Source: a virus
Virus record (IMG/VR): IMGVR_UViG_3300048592_000962
Coordinates: 64,001 to 128,000 of that record
DNA length: 64,000 nt
Strand: one strand, 5' to 3'
Below the pieces are notes generated by a model. That model ran no database searches and was not told the DNA's origin. It worked only from the letters and a program-made list of their open reading frames with translations. A program made the position numbers and the translations under genes. Position 1 is the first letter of the stretch; the number at the start of each line of letters is the position of its first letter. Below are positions 35,628 through 46,848 of this stretch, piece after piece.

Positions 35628-36188
35628 TTAGCTGCTTGTTCGAGAACAATTGCTACCTCCACCAGACCAAATCTCGTCGGGAAGAATCGTTCGGTACCTG
35701 ACTTCCTTGTCACGTACGCATCTCGCCATCGCCTCAGAACCGTCGCGAACCCACTGCTGTCGTCCCCAGCGGCGAATCAGCGACTCCACGCGACCAATCT
35801 CTCGGGCGCTCATGCCGCTTGCCTCGGCCACCTCGTCCAGTAGATCGGCCATCGGAACTCGGCACTCAAGGTATCGTTGGGCAAAACGTCGCTCTACCAA
35901 CCATGCAGCTGCCTCCAGCCGAAACCTAAGCGACTTGGGAAGCCCGTTGAAGAACACCTCGATATCAAGCGTGGTCGTCACGAATGGGAGCGTGACTACG
36001 TGCGCAAGTTCGTGAAGAAACGGCTCCACGTGCTCGATACGAAACATCGAATCCGGTGCGGTGTCAGATTCTGCCCAAAGCTCATGGCGAACAGCGTCGG
36101 CAAACGCTTGTACTTGCAGCAGCGTGACACCGGTTTGTATGCCGGGTCTCAACGCCTCGAAAGCGAGACCGTCAACAAGTATCGTCAT
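35628..36188 (-). CDS. HExxH-motif protein (possible zinc metallopeptidase)
   Basis: FLHELAHV followed by a downstream LEAAA. Confidence 0.4.
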   Translation of the reverse strand: MTILVDGLAFEALRPGIQTGVTLLQVQAFADAVRHELWAESDTAPDSMFRIEHVEPFLHELAHVVTLPFVTTTLDIEVFFNGLPKSLRFRLEAAAWLVERRFAQRYLECRVPMADLLDEVAEASGMSAREIGRVESLIRRWGRQQWVRDGSEAMARCVRDKEVRYRTILPDEIWSGGGSNCSRTSS

Positions 36189-36870
36189 GATGGACCCACA
36201 GAGACGCGATCTTCTCAGAAACTTGTTGGATCGGATACCTTCGAACCGTACGACGTCATGCGTTCTCGTCTCATAAACTCGACAATATCATGGAGGAGAT
36301 GCTCAACGCCGAGCGGTGGGTTCCCAGGAAAAGTTGCCCACCTCCAAAACATGCCGTCCTTCTCGTGCGAGACGGCGCGAAACGTTTCGGTCTTCTTCCA
36401 CAGCAACATGCCGGTTGTACGACGCAGTAGCGCAGTCCATTTGACGTCGCCTTCCCGCTGGCGTTCGACGTATAAAATCTCGTACATCACTCGTCTTTCC
36501 AGATTGGGCGCTCCGCCGCACGCGCGATCCGACGCAAGATGGTGTGGCCTGCCCGGAGGCCGCGTCCGACGAACAACAGAGCCAAGGTCAGCACGCCGCC
36601 TGCGCCGCGACGGTAGAGCGGAATGCGTTGCCGACTTAGCCACGCGTGCCGTGCGACCGTGGAAATAAACATCGCGAACGTGAGCGCGAGCTTTGCCTCA
36701 AAGTACAGTCGCTCGGAGGGCCAAAGTACCCGCAAAGCCCACAGCGTCGACAGGTCAGGAAGCCAGCCCACGATGGTCAGCGCTGCTCGGGCCAGCAGCG
36801 ACGGAAGGTCGAGTCTTCGCTTCGGCGGCGCGGCTCCCACGCTCAGTCGACCATACGGGTCAATCATCGA

Positions 36871-37248
36871 TCAAAACCCGAAGTAGGACAGCTCGTCGAA
36901 GGTCAGCGTGAACACGTGAGCCGGATCGAGGTTGTCGACGATGAGACGAAGGTTGTCCCTCTCGTCGCGATCCTTCCTGAGCGCGTCGACTTCTCCGCGA
37001 ACCTGAGCTGCGATGCCCACGTTCATGTTGAAGTCACCTTCGCCCGACCCCGCCCGGATGGTTTCGAGATGCAGGAGCACGTCCGCTGCCGACGACATCC
37101 CTGCCTTCTCGGCTGCCGCCCGAATGCGACCCTCGCGCTCCAAGATCTTGGCGTCGACCTCTGCCAGCATGGCCTTCGCTCGCGCGATGATCATCTCACC
37201 GCTCTTCTCGAACTTCAGGCTCTCGAAACGACACCACGCCTTACGCAT
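36871..37248 (-). CDS. Hypothetical coiled-coil protein
   Basis: GGGAG RBS, strong codon bias. Confidence 0.75.
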   Translation of the reverse strand: MRKAWCRFESLKFEKSGEMIIARAKAMLAEVDAKILEREGRIRAAAEKAGMSSAADVLLHLETIRAGSGEGDFNMNVGIAAQVRGEVDALRKDRDERDNLRLIVDNLDPAHVFTLTFDELSYFGF

Positions 37249-37378
37249 TTGCTCCCTCTTTCCGCGCCCTCTTGTTGGCGCAATGGATACAGCGCCTACC
37301 GCAGGAGGCGCATTGCTCTCGGACCACGCGAGCCGATCGCCCCCATCACGATGGAGAGCGCCGTCTCGGCCACTGTCA

Positions 37379-37609
37379 TCACGAACCCAGGCCGAGGCCG
37401 CGAAGAACCGCCAACTTGACCGCCGCCTTCAAGGACGGGAGCGACTCTTCCTTCTGAAGCCTCACGAGCGCCTCGCGGACGTGGTCGGGGATCTTCAATC
37501 CCATCGTCTTCCCCTCATCCCGCCACGCCGAAAGCGCGGCCGTGAAGTCCACCGCCTTGCTCGCCTTCAGCTTCGCTTCCAGCCTCTTCTCGATCTGCCT
37601 GAGCATCAT
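37379..37609 (-). CDS. Hypothetical protein
   Basis: Directly downstream of the promoter at 37619-37647. Confidence 0.65.
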   Translation of the reverse strand: MMLRQIEKRLEAKLKASKAVDFTAALSAWRDEGKTMGLKIPDHVREALVRLQKEESLPSLKAAVKLAVLRGLGLGS

Positions 37610-37980
37610 GGTGCGTCGAACGTACCCTGCGTCAGACACCTCGTCAAGCTCAACTCCCTCCTCGACTCCAGGCAGGGGCGACTCCCCGGCTTGAACGACC
37701 GGCACACACCGGGGCGATGCTCGTAAATCGCGCAGCGAACACGCTTGCCCAAGGACCCCATGAGAGCGGTACACACAACGTAGCCGAGCCTCGTCTCCTT
37801 GGTCTTCAGCGACGAGAACCCATGGCGACGAAGAAGCATGCGGGCCGGGATCAGCTTTGCTTCGTGCGGCTCGACATCGACGTATGTATCGAGATCGTAC
37901 TCGGAGACGCAGCAGGCGCCGCACTTGACGCAGTCATCTCCGGTGACCTTGCGCGTGTCGATACCGGTTTTCTTTTCCAC
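37606..37980 (-). CDS. YkgJ / CxxCxxCC family metal-binding protein
   Basis: DCVKCGACC..C.AL..CAIYEHRPGVCRSF. Confidence 0.8.
   Translation of the reverse strand: MEKKTGIDTRKVTGDDCVKCGACCVSEYDLDTYVDVEPHEAKLIPARMLLRRHGFSSLKTKETRLGYVVCTALMGSLGKRVRCAIYEHRPGVCRSFKPGSRPCLESRRELSLTRCLTQGTFDAP
37619..37647 (-). promoter_or_regulatory. Promoter with TGTCTGACG box in the spacer
   Basis: - strand TTGACG-N17-TACGTT; box at 37630-37638. Confidence 0.7.
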
Positions 37981-38255
37981 TCAAGAACCCCTCGATGATC
38001 GCCCGCCACAGGCCGAGATGAGGGCGTCGATTCTCTGTGAACAGGCTGTCGTCGATGGCGTGCTGACACCTGACATCGCCGTTGGTCCAGTACGTCACGA
38101 TGTAAATCGTGCGATCGGCTCCGCGAGTCTCCGCTGCGTACAAAACGTTCCGCGTCCACGAGCGCTCGCCATGCCGAGCCTCGTGCTCCCAGTCGAAAGG
38201 AACGAAGTTCCACTCCCTGTACGCGCGGCGAACCTCTGCGAAGTTCGCGTGCAGA

Positions 38256-38873
38256 TCAGGACTCGGTGGGACTCTGTACATTCCGCGACGTCGTCGTGTC
38301 AGGATGGCTCCACTCGGCCGTAGTCTTCTCGCGAATCAACGGTCGCTGCGAGACCGTGTCGATCTGCTCATACGGCACATACAGCGGATGCTCCGGCGAT
38401 CCTTTCTTCGTCCAACGAAGAACGAACAGCCTCTTGCCGAGGCCGTGCGCGTCGAGCATCAGTTGAACCATCTCGTCGCGTGGGTGAACGCTCGTCGTAT
38501 ACCGGATCGTGCTTCCGTTTGCGCCCCAGGCCGCAATCGTCATCCCGCAACGACGCGCCGCGGAAACGATGGCGTTCGTGTTCTCTCGTCCAACGATGTC
38601 GACGCCGGACCTGCTGGCGGCCTTCATGGCCGACGGATCCGTCGCCCGATACGCGAACAGGTTCGTGACGAGGATGCCACCGAACGAAGCCCTGCGCGCG
38701 AAGCCCATGCACTTGCGGATCGTGGCGTCGTCGACGAGAGCGTCGGCCGTGCTGGGGTTGAGCATGATCCAGCCGAGCACGGGGAGCGCCGGATCCCAGA
38801 CGCGCGCCAGCTCGTACCGGTACAGGCCGCAATCAGAAATCGTTGCGGCGCGAACTACGACAGGGTCGGTCAC
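38256..38873 (-). CDS. DUF1643 family protein
   Basis: ISDCGLYRYEL.R.W, IMLNPSTAD..DDATIR.C, NLFAYRATDP, AAWG, G.P.HPLY. Confidence 0.9.
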   Translation of the reverse strand: MTDPVVVRAATISDCGLYRYELARVWDPALPVLGWIMLNPSTADALVDDATIRKCMGFARRASFGGILVTNLFAYRATDPSAMKAASRSGVDIVGRENTNAIVSAARRCGMTIAAWGANGSTIRYTTSVHPRDEMVQLMLDAHGLGKRLFVLRWTKKGSPEHPLYVPYEQIDTVSQRPLIREKTTAEWSHPDTTTSRNVQSPTES

Positions 38874-38952
38874 CGGCCACGCTCCCCTCGAATCCGCGAC
38901 CGACCAATCGGATAGCAGAGCAGCCCCAGCACCGCGAACAAGTACGTGTACC

Positions 38953-39213
38953 TCAACTCGAACCCTCCTCGACGACAGCCGGCTCCATCAGCCGGCGCAC
39001 GTCCTCTGGCCGCACCATCCACCGAGCACGGCTGTTGACCCACCGGCGCACCGCGGGGAGCCTGCCGCTGTCGATCCACCGTCGTACCGTGCGCGGCTTC
39101 AGGCCGAACTTCTTCGCAACCGTCGTCGTCGACACCATGTCGGGGATGGCCGCGCTCACGTTGGGCTCGACGGGATCCCATCCATGGCCGCACTTCGGGC
39201 ACTCGATCTTCAT
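38953..39213 (-). CDS. Zinc ribbon plus excisionase-like HTH protein
   Basis: CPKC; VAKKFGLKPRTVRRWIDSGRLPA. Confidence 0.75.
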   Translation of the reverse strand: MKIECPKCGHGWDPVEPNVSAAIPDMVSTTTVAKKFGLKPRTVRRWIDSGRLPAVRRWVNSRARWMVRPEDVRRLMEPAVVEEGSS

Positions 39214-39241
39214 CTGGTCAGTGTACCTCAGCGACGATCGA

Positions 39242-40123
39242 CTACTCCTCGTCCTTCACGTGCTCCGAGACGCCGTCCGCGCCCAACGAGCGCCAATCGG
39301 GCCACCGGCGCTCGCGGTTGATCTTGTGCTTCTCCAGCATCTTCAGGACGATCGCTTCGCCATCCGCTCCTGCGGAGCGCCATGCGCCATCCATCGCGAG
39401 GAAGATCACATCGACCCACTCAGTCAGGTCCGAGGGGTTAGCTTCGATCTCCTTCAGCTCCCGCCGAATGTGCTCGATCACTCCGCTGTACCGATCACCA
39501 GGGCCGAACGTCTCGCGCGACCAGTCCGCCTTGTCGTTGAAAAACGAGATGAAGCAGAACCCAGGCTGATCGTGCTCTTGAATCTCCACGACGTGCCCGA
39601 CGTAAGAAGGATCCAGGATTCCAGTCCAAACCTTCGACGCCCACGGGCGGTCCTGAATGCCCATCTTGACGGCAATGCTCCGCGTGCGGGCAAACGCGTT
39701 GCTGAACGTCATGCCGTCGAACGACCATACGAACCGAAGACCGGGCGTCTTCGTGTCCTGGTCGAGCGACGCCAAGACAGAGGGCGTGGCACGCGCGAGA
39801 CCAGATCCCTTGAACCAGCCGAACGCGTCCTCGGAAACCTCGACCTCGAACACCTTGTCCGCAGCCGTGTCAAGACCTGGGATGCAAAGATCTCGCGCAG
39901 ACTGTTTCGCGGCTTCACGCTCTTCGGGCAGAAGAAAGTTGGCCACAGATGGCGCGCACTCCGCAAAAGAGTACGAGTTGGTCATGCGCTCTGCGAAGAG
40001 CGGGCCGGGTACGCGCGCTCGCGTTTTGCTGCGCTGCATCTCCGCCGCAAGCCACGAAAGTGTGATCGGGTTGGGCGGAGTGATCGGATAGGCAAGAATG
40101 CCCACGAGCCATCGAGACCCCAT
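39242..40123 (-). CDS. Protein with C-terminal DUF550 (all-alpha NTP pyrophosphohydrolase-like) domain
   Basis: WSRETFGPG..GVIEHI..EL.EI..P.DL.EWVDVIFLA.DGAWR..N..R.WPDW. Confidence 0.8.
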   Translation of the reverse strand: MGSRWLVGILAYPITPPNPITLSWLAAEMQRSKTRARVPGPLFAERMTNSYSFAECAPSVANFLLPEEREAAKQSARDLCIPGLDTAADKVFEVEVSEDAFGWFKGSGLARATPSVLASLDQDTKTPGLRFVWSFDGMTFSNAFARTRSIAVKMGIQDRPWASKVWTGILDPSYVGHVVEIQEHDQPGFCFISFFNDKADWSRETFGPGDRYSGVIEHIRRELKEIEANPSDLTEWVDVIFLAMDGAWRSAGADGEAIVLKMLEKHKINRERRWPDWRSLGADGVSEHVKDEE

Positions 40124-40126
40124 GCG

Positions 40127-40729
40127 TCAGCTCCCCTTCCTGACGAGTGTGCACTTGTGCGCATCCTCGCTGAACTCGAAACCCGTATCGTTCGCCCGAA
40201 GCTTCAGCGACCGCATGCCGTTTGACCACTTGTGCTCCCCGATGACCGTCGCATCGCGCTGCTCGGGCCCAAGCGCGTCGCAGGAGACGATGTCGCCGAT
40301 CTCGATTGCATAGACCTGGTGCTCTTGCACATCTGCGACGCCCCAGAACTTCGGTTCGAAACCGATCTCCTTGGTCCACTGAGCGAACAGCTCCACGATG
40401 CGGTCGTCCAGGGTCTTCTCTTGCTCCTTGGTCACTTCGGAGAACATGCCGTCCACGAGGTCTCCGTATTCGTCCGCAAGATCGTCGACGATTCCTTCGA
40501 GGATGCGAAGACCCCAGCCGCGAGCGAGATTGTCGACAACAATCGGAACTTGAACCCCAGTCCACACCGTGCCCTCGACGACGTCATGCTCCTGACGCGC
40601 GTCGGCAAGTGCGTCTTCTCGGGTCTTGCACCCGTTGTCGACGAATCGCTCTTCATCGGTGGACCAAACGTAGATCACTTCGCTCATCGCTTCCTCCGTT
40701 ACAACGCGCCCCTCGCCACGAATCACCAC
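40127..40729 (-). CDS. Hypothetical acidic protein
   Basis: Coupled ORF; probable start at the internal MSEVIY, which has a GGAGG RBS. Confidence 0.65.
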   Translation of the reverse strand: MVIRGEGRVVTEEAMSEVIYVWSTDEERFVDNGCKTREDALADARQEHDVVEGTVWTGVQVPIVVDNLARGWGLRILEGIVDDLADEYGDLVDGMFSEVTKEQEKTLDDRIVELFAQWTKEIGFEPKFWGVADVQEHQVYAIEIGDIVSCDALGPEQRDATVIGEHKWSNGMRSLKLRANDTGFEFSEDAHKCTLVRKGS

Positions 40730-40996
40730 TCGCGCCCGCGAGCGCGCTCCAACGCATCCTGAAGCTCGCGAGCCGCCGCTTCCTCGCGCTGCTGCCGCTC
40801 TTCGAGGGCCACGTCGTACTCTTTCACGTCCTCCAAGTCGGCGTGCTTCCGATGGTAGTCGCGAACGACGGTCAGAAGCTCACGCTCGGCGGCCATGCGT
40901 GCGGTCGTTGCGTACGTCAGGCGCTGGGAAGCGACCAAGGCCTCGGCCGCTGCGACGGCACGACGGGCACCCCTCATCGTCCACAGAATGAAGTCC

Positions 40997-41485
40997 TCAC
41001 CACGAAACATGTTCGCTCCGCGGACGGCCGAAGGCGGAGATCATGCGGTCGCCGCGAATGAACTCGCGGATCAATCGAATCTCCCGAGCCGCCGACTCGA
41101 CCGAGTCTGACCCATGCACCGCGTTCCGCATCAGCGGCCCCTTGTGGTCCCCGAACATGCAGCGGAGCGTGTGCATCGGCGCCTTCTGCGGATCCGTTGG
41201 CCCCATCAACTCCCGCCACGACGCCACCACATTGGGGCCCGACATCACGACTGAGTAGATGATGTCCGAAGACATGAACGCCTTGAGGTCCTCGAAAAAC
41301 GGCTTGCCAGCGTGTTCCGAGTAAAAGACGTCGACCGCCACCGGCGTCCATCTGCCGGCGTGCACCGAGATGATGGTGTGCTTGGAAGCGATGATTCGCA
41401 AGATCTCGGGAGCGAACCCCGAACGAACCGCATCCGGCTTGATCAGCGCCAACGTCAGCTCTGCTTCTTCACCCATTGCCATCAC
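40997..41485 (-). CDS. ndk: Nucleoside diphosphate kinase
   Basis: TLALIKPDAV, FYSEH..KPFF, RELMGPTDP, RNAVHGSDS..SA.REI. Confidence 0.95.
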   Translation of the reverse strand: MMAMGEEAELTLALIKPDAVRSGFAPEILRIIASKHTIISVHAGRWTPVAVDVFYSEHAGKPFFEDLKAFMSSDIIYSVVMSGPNVVASWRELMGPTDPQKAPMHTLRCMFGDHKGPLMRNAVHGSDSVESAAREIRLIREFIRGDRMISAFGRPRSEHVSW

Positions 41486-41752
41486 CCTCGTCCTTCTCGA
41501 ATGGCTTTCTGAGAACGTCTTTCACGCGGGTCAAACCCACGTGCCCACAATCGAGGCACCGGTACTGCACTCGGTACTGCAAAACTCGGCGCCCACCAGT
41601 GCCGCACTGAGACTTGGTCAGAGGTTTCGTGACCCCCGTGCGCACGAGATTCGTCCCGCACGAAATGCGCCGTTGCATTTCGAAGAAATTCCGGCGGCAC
41701 TTCGAGCATCGAAGAGTCAAAGGCTGACCGGTGCCCGCATTGGTTCCAGGCA

Positions 41753-42028
41753 CTACGCGCCCGCTTTCCGTGGACGCTTCGCCAGCGTCGGTTCGTTGTA
41801 CTGAGCCACAGAGCCGACCGGAACGACTCTGACGGCAGCTTCTCGAACCACGTCAGCAGGAACGGCGATGTCCGTTCCGCGGATCCTCTCGATCCGCGCC
41901 GCCTCTTCCTCTGTATAGAGACCAGCGTCGTCGACGCGGACCGTGTATCCGCTACCCTTCGGCCTCCACCACAGAGCATCATCTCCCTGCGGCGACTCGC
42001 GACACAGGATGTAGTAGAGCTTCTTCAC
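41753..42028 (-). CDS. Conserved phage hypothetical protein
   Basis: LWWRP.G.GYT..AG.Y..EEA pattern; GGAGG RBS. Confidence 0.6.
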   Translation of the reverse strand: MKKLYYILCRESPQGDDALWWRPKGSGYTVRVDDAGLYTEEEAARIERIRGTDIAVPADVVREAAVRVVPVGSVAQYNEPTLAKRPRKAGA

Positions 42029-43972
42029 CTCGGACCACCTCCGTTCTTGCGCCACACGAGAAACGTGCTTCCCACGCCGAACAGTGCGGCATAGCCGAGC
42101 ATGATGTACTCCGGCAAGCCAAGCCACCCCGGATTGTAGATCGAGAAGGCGATGCCGAAACCGAAGGTGACTCCCATCAGCCACGCAGTGAATACGTTGC
42201 GTGCAGGATACCGATGGCCCCACCACTCTGACTGCTCTTGCTCGTCTTTGCTGTCCATGTTACCCGTGCGTCGGTTCGCCGTTGATCGAGCAATCCATGC
42301 AGTCGCACGGCGGCTGGTCGAACACCTCGTCCCACCCGAGCGCGAGCTTCACCTCAACGGTCCCGTCGACGTAGTCGAACGAATGTCTTCCGTGTCCCAC
42401 TCCTTGCGCCTTGCGTCTGTAGACTGCGGAGCGAGTGGTCCAGATCGCAGCGCCGGAGGCTGCTTTGTCCGCGACGACCTCGAACCTGCGAAGACGAGCG
42501 GTTGAGGTCACCGCTCGCCGCACAGCTTCCTGGATACCCAGCCTGTCCGAAGCTGGCGTGGGCACGAAGAATCGGACGAGCTTCACCGTCTCGATGCCGT
42601 CTGCACGCGTCCACCGAACCTGCGCGCACATGCGAACACGGTCGTCGGGCATCACCTCTTCTCCATCGCGCGGTCGAGAGCCACCTCTGCCTGGGCGAAC
42701 GCCTTGCGTCGCTCCCGAAGCCTGAGCGCCTCGCGACGAATGATGTCTACTGCCTTCGCCGAGTCATCGTCGTCCAACAGGTCGGCCAGCAGGTCGGCCT
42801 CGTGCAGCACCGCCCCCTCCTGGGACTGCACCATGCGGAACGCCTTCTGATACTGGATTGCCGCCTCGATCTGCTCCGTCGTCCGCTCGACAACCCACCC
42901 CGAATCGGACACCACCGTCCACCGCCTATCCTTCCCGCGGCCGACACCCTTGGTAACCCTTGCGTCCCCCACCTCGCCGTCGTCGTCCATCACGGCGACG
43001 ACGCTTCCAACATCGAACGCCCTCATCGAGTAGCTCCACGCCCGTGAGGGGACGTGACCACGACCCGGCTCGCCGGAACAATGTGGAAACCCCACGTGTG
43101 AAGAAGCGCAACGAGGACGTACGTGTCGTTGTGCTTGTCCGACTGAAACGTGTCCATGACCACGGCATCCATCCGAGTGGCGTCCGCGCCACCGCCCAGA
43201 ACGTCCTGATCCAGCTCGTGAGACATGTCCACGATGCAGATGTCGCCCGTGCCGGGGCGCAGCGCCGTGTTCGGCTCGCTCGGATCCGATGGACGAAGGA
43301 TGGCGTCAAGGCGAGCGGTCACGTCCACAAGCTCTCCGTGAGCCCGGAGCGCGCCTGGATCGCGATATCGCTGACTCTCTGCCGTCAACTCCTCGGCGCG
43401 CAGATGCGTAACGCCGCGCAGCGCCCCAATCTCGCGCCGCATCCTGTCCGACTCGGCGACCGCGGCATCTCGCTCGGCCTCCAAGCGTGCGCACCGCACG
43501 ATGTACTCGTCGCGAGCTTCACCCGCCTCCGCCGCGATCTTCGGATCGATCATTTCTTGTCTCCTAAACCAGAGTAATAAGGCGTGAGCGCGACGCATCT
43601 TTCAGAGCGAGCATTGCGTCTCTATCCTTCTGCAACTCCATCTTCCAATGATTGACAGCCGCGCCACGAAGCTCGAACCGGTTCGCACGACGAATCTTCA
43701 ACAGTAGACCACGAGCGAATCTAACTCGCGCCCGTGTCACAAACAGGTGATCTACCCAGGCACAATTCGAGTCATCTCCAGGCCAGCGGTGGAAATCATC
43801 CGCTTCTATGGACGCCTGGAGCACTGCGGCTTTCGACAGCTCCTGGCCAACCCGTGTTCTCCGCGCATTCTCGGCACGACGCGCCGCGCGGATTTGACGT
43901 CGCCGCTCTGCGACCTCCACCTCTTTGATCCAGATTAGGTGGCGTCCCAGCCTGGGATGCTCCCGAGGCCAT

Positions 43973-44278
43973 TCACGCCTCATCGTCATCACCGTCAACT
44001 GCGTGCTTGTTGTTCCCGACTTCTTCGTGCCAACGAAAGAACAGCTCCAGTTTCTGTTCAGAGCGCAGCATGACCGCAGCCTCGTCCAGACCATGCACGG
44101 AGATGACAAACGCGCAGGCCGCGAACACGTCTGCGATCTCCTCCTGAAGACGCCGCGGCAACGGTGGTCCCCCATCCGGATGCTCATCCGTCGTGAAGTA
44201 CGCGAGGCGCTTTCCGCAGACCTGCTGCAACTCGCCGCACTCCTCGATCAACTTCGCGAGTCCATCGGCTGCCATCAT
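43973..44278 (-). CDS. MazG-like NTP pyrophosphohydrolase
   Basis: KLIEECGELQQ..K..LQEEIADV. Confidence 0.7.
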   Translation of the reverse strand: MMAADGLAKLIEECGELQQVCGKRLAYFTTDEHPDGGPPLPRRLQEEIADVFAACAFVISVHGLDEAAVMLRSEQKLELFFRWHEEVGNNKHAVDGDDDEA

Positions 44279-44702
44279 CACGAGCCTCCCCTTCTGAACC
44301 GATCCCACCGCTTCCGACGCCACAGCGCGGCATCTTCCGCCTCTGCCCATGCTCGACGCGCCTGAACTAGCTCTGCCGTCGTCTCCTGCTGCCCTCTGCG
44401 TGCGTCGGCGATGTCTGAGGTCAGCTCCCGCTGACGTTGGCCCGCACGGAGAAGCTGGTCCGTGAGCGATCGCTGGTAGTGCCTTGCGTCACCCATGGAA
44501 GGCGCCCCCGTCGTCAGCCCAGCGGTCGAGAGCATCTCGCATCTCACGACGTTCACGAAAAAGCGCGAAGACCTCCGTGGGGTCAAGCCATCCCATCCAG
44601 AAGAGACACATCAAGGCGACGCGTCGAACCTCTTCGGGCGAACGCTTTGCGTATGGCAGCAGCATCGGCAGAGCCGGCCCAGTTACGTCGTCCGTTGCCA
44701 TC

Positions 44703-45020
44703 TCAGTCCTTCTCGCCCAGCTCGCTCACGTCCCAGTCTCCGATCAGCTTCACCGCGCCAATCTCGATGACGTCGCCTGGGATGATTCGCGACTTGATGT
44801 ACCTCACGAGGTTCACGAACGTGCCGCTGGGGGCGCCGAGATCGAGGATGAAGACGTCGTGCGGTCCCTCTGCCTCGATGACCGCATGCATGCGCGACAC
44901 ACCGGGGTACTGCAACCGAAGCTCGTTCGAGGCAAGGCTTCCGATTCTGATGGACTCTCTATCGAACGTCTCCGTTCGAATGAGATCGTCGCCCACGTAC
45001 ACCTGAAATGTGAGCTTCAT
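44703..45020 (-). CDS. Stand-alone FHA domain protein
   Basis: IRIG..VSRMHAVIE..ILDLG..GTFVN..GDVIEIG; resembles N-terminal FHA domains of myxobacterial GltG/AgmX-like proteins. Confidence 0.85.
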   Translation of the reverse strand: MKLTFQVYVGDDLIRTETFDRESIRIGSLASNELRLQYPGVSRMHAVIEAEGPHDVFILDLGAPSGTFVNLVRYIKSRIIPGDVIEIGAVKLIGDWDVSELGEKD

Positions 45021-46167
45021 TGCGATGCCAAAATCTTGTCGAGTTCGTTGAGCACCCACTGACGACTCAAGCGATCGTGCGCAGAGCTGTCCACGTGTCG
45101 GCGAAGTTCGTGCATAGCATTGAGCCGCCGAGCGTGGACGACCAGCTCTCCTGCGGCCCCAGAAGCTATCAACACTTCGGACAGCAGTGTCTGCCAGACT
45201 TCGGGGTCGCTCAGTGTTGTGCCGCGAGATTTCAGGTTGAACCCGTAATGCTTCGCGACCACCTTGCTCACCATGTCGCGGAAGGTCTCCCAGGGCTCCG
45301 GGTGAAGCTCCACGGCGCGGTCGAGCCCCATGGCTGCAACAACCTCGACCGGCAGTGAGGTCTCGTCTCTGCCGTCGGAGCGTCCGATCACCAGAAGTCC
45401 TTCGTGCTCGTTCATCTGGAACCCGCACGGGAGCGCCTCCGAAAAGCCTTTCTTCACTCGCTGCTGCATCTCGTTCACCCCTTGGAAAGGATCTCGTCGA
45501 GCCAGTTGGCCACGCTGGAGCACGGGACATCGTCGTCGGGATGGGCTTTCCGCATCGAGTCTCGCATCTCCCTCAGGTCGTGCTCGATGCGCTCCTTGCG
45601 TGCCACCATCGCAGCCCACGTCGCATGCGCGTCCGCAACAGCCTTCGATACGCCGTGCTCGCCGAGGTAGTGGCCGCCATCGCGATGGATCACCGCGAGC
45701 AGGTCGTCGCGCTCGAACTCAGCTTTGCGCAGGAGGTCGCGCAATCGCGCAAGCTCGGTCCGCAGCGCGGTAGTCTCTGGGCTTGATTCGCCAGTCAGCT
45801 CATCGCGCTCCTGATCTGAGAGCGCGGACCAGAACGGCTGGACGTTGTCCGAGACCAACTCCGCGAACTCCTCGTCACCGCGCTCTCTCGCTTGGCGCGC
45901 AACACGTTCGAGGAACAGGTACAGATCGAGACGGTGGGTCACGAAACCTTCTCCAGAGCGTACGTGCGCACGAGCTTCACGCGAGTTCCCGACGCGTAAT
46001 CTTCCGCGTCCATCGCCGCGGTGAAGCCCATGTGGATGAACCGGTTTCCGCCGGTCACCGTCGGCCGCCCGTCGCTCCCGACGCTTCTCCACACGTGTGT
46101 CCCGTCGCGACGCCGCACGCACTCGTAGATCGAATCGCTGCTGTATTGCCGCCCGAGCACCGCTGCA

Positions 46168-46848
46168 TCAGACATCATCATCCTCCTGGCTGCGCATCGT
46201 GCCCCACGGCTTCCAAACGATCGGGTCAGAAGGCCGATACAACGTCTCGTGGTACTTCGCCTGCACGTAGGTCTGGGCGTGACCCCAGCAATCGGCCTCG
46301 AACTCTTCGAGCAGGAACGGTTCCTCCAAGTCGAGGAGCGTCAGGTCTCGTAAAGCCGGGTCGTCCATGGTCTCTTTGAGCACCATTACGCTCGGGAACT
46401 TGGACCCCTTCTCGCCGTAGACGACCACGGTTCTCGTGGGGCGCGCCGGCTTATGCGTTTGTTGTTCCGACGCGCCCGTCGCGCACGCGGCGCCAGACGG
46501 AGGTGGAACGCGACTGCGAACGGCGCAGTCCTTGGCTTCAAGAAGAAGGCGAAGGCAGTGAGAGAGATCGTCCTCCATGTACAGCCACGCCGCGCGGAAC
46601 GCGTGCATCCTGTGCCTCGCCGTGTTCCACTCAGCGGCTGCCGCCGTATCGTGAAGCGGTTCGGGCCCCAGTTTTTCGACGATGCGCGTCCAACACGCCT
46701 TCGCTTCGTCCGTGAAGACCCGCTGCTCGGACAAACCCGCAATCAAGTACGCCAAGTCGGCGAACGAGGACGAAAGCTCGCGAAGATGCGGCGGCAGGTG
46801 ACTCCAGGCGAAGTAGCGGAGAATGGGCGGTGCCAAGTTGTCGCTCAT
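46168..46848 (-). CDS. Conserved phage helical-hairpin protein fused to a second domain
   Basis: ILRYFAWSHLPPHL..S..F.DLA..LRLLLEAKDCAVR. Confidence 0.6.
   Translation of the reverse strand: MSDNLAPPILRYFAWSHLPPHLRELSSSFADLAYLIAGLSEQRVFTDEAKACWTRIVEKLGPEPLHDTAAAAEWNTARHRMHAFRAAWLYMEDDLSHCLRLLLEAKDCAVRSRVPPPSGAACATGASEQQTHKPARPTRTVVVYGEKGSKFPSVMVLKETMDDPALRDLTLLDLEEPFLLEEFEADCWGHAQTYVQAKYHETLYRPSDPIVWKPWGTMRSQEDDDV

Noticed and set aside
38843-40225. Long antisense or shadow ORFs (e.g. 38843-40225 +, 50682-51797 +, 26450-27583 +, 8200-9276 -, 32316-33449 -)
   Set aside because: They lie opposite recognisable genes, have Arg/His/Leu-rich non-protein-like composition and are typical of high-GC DNA
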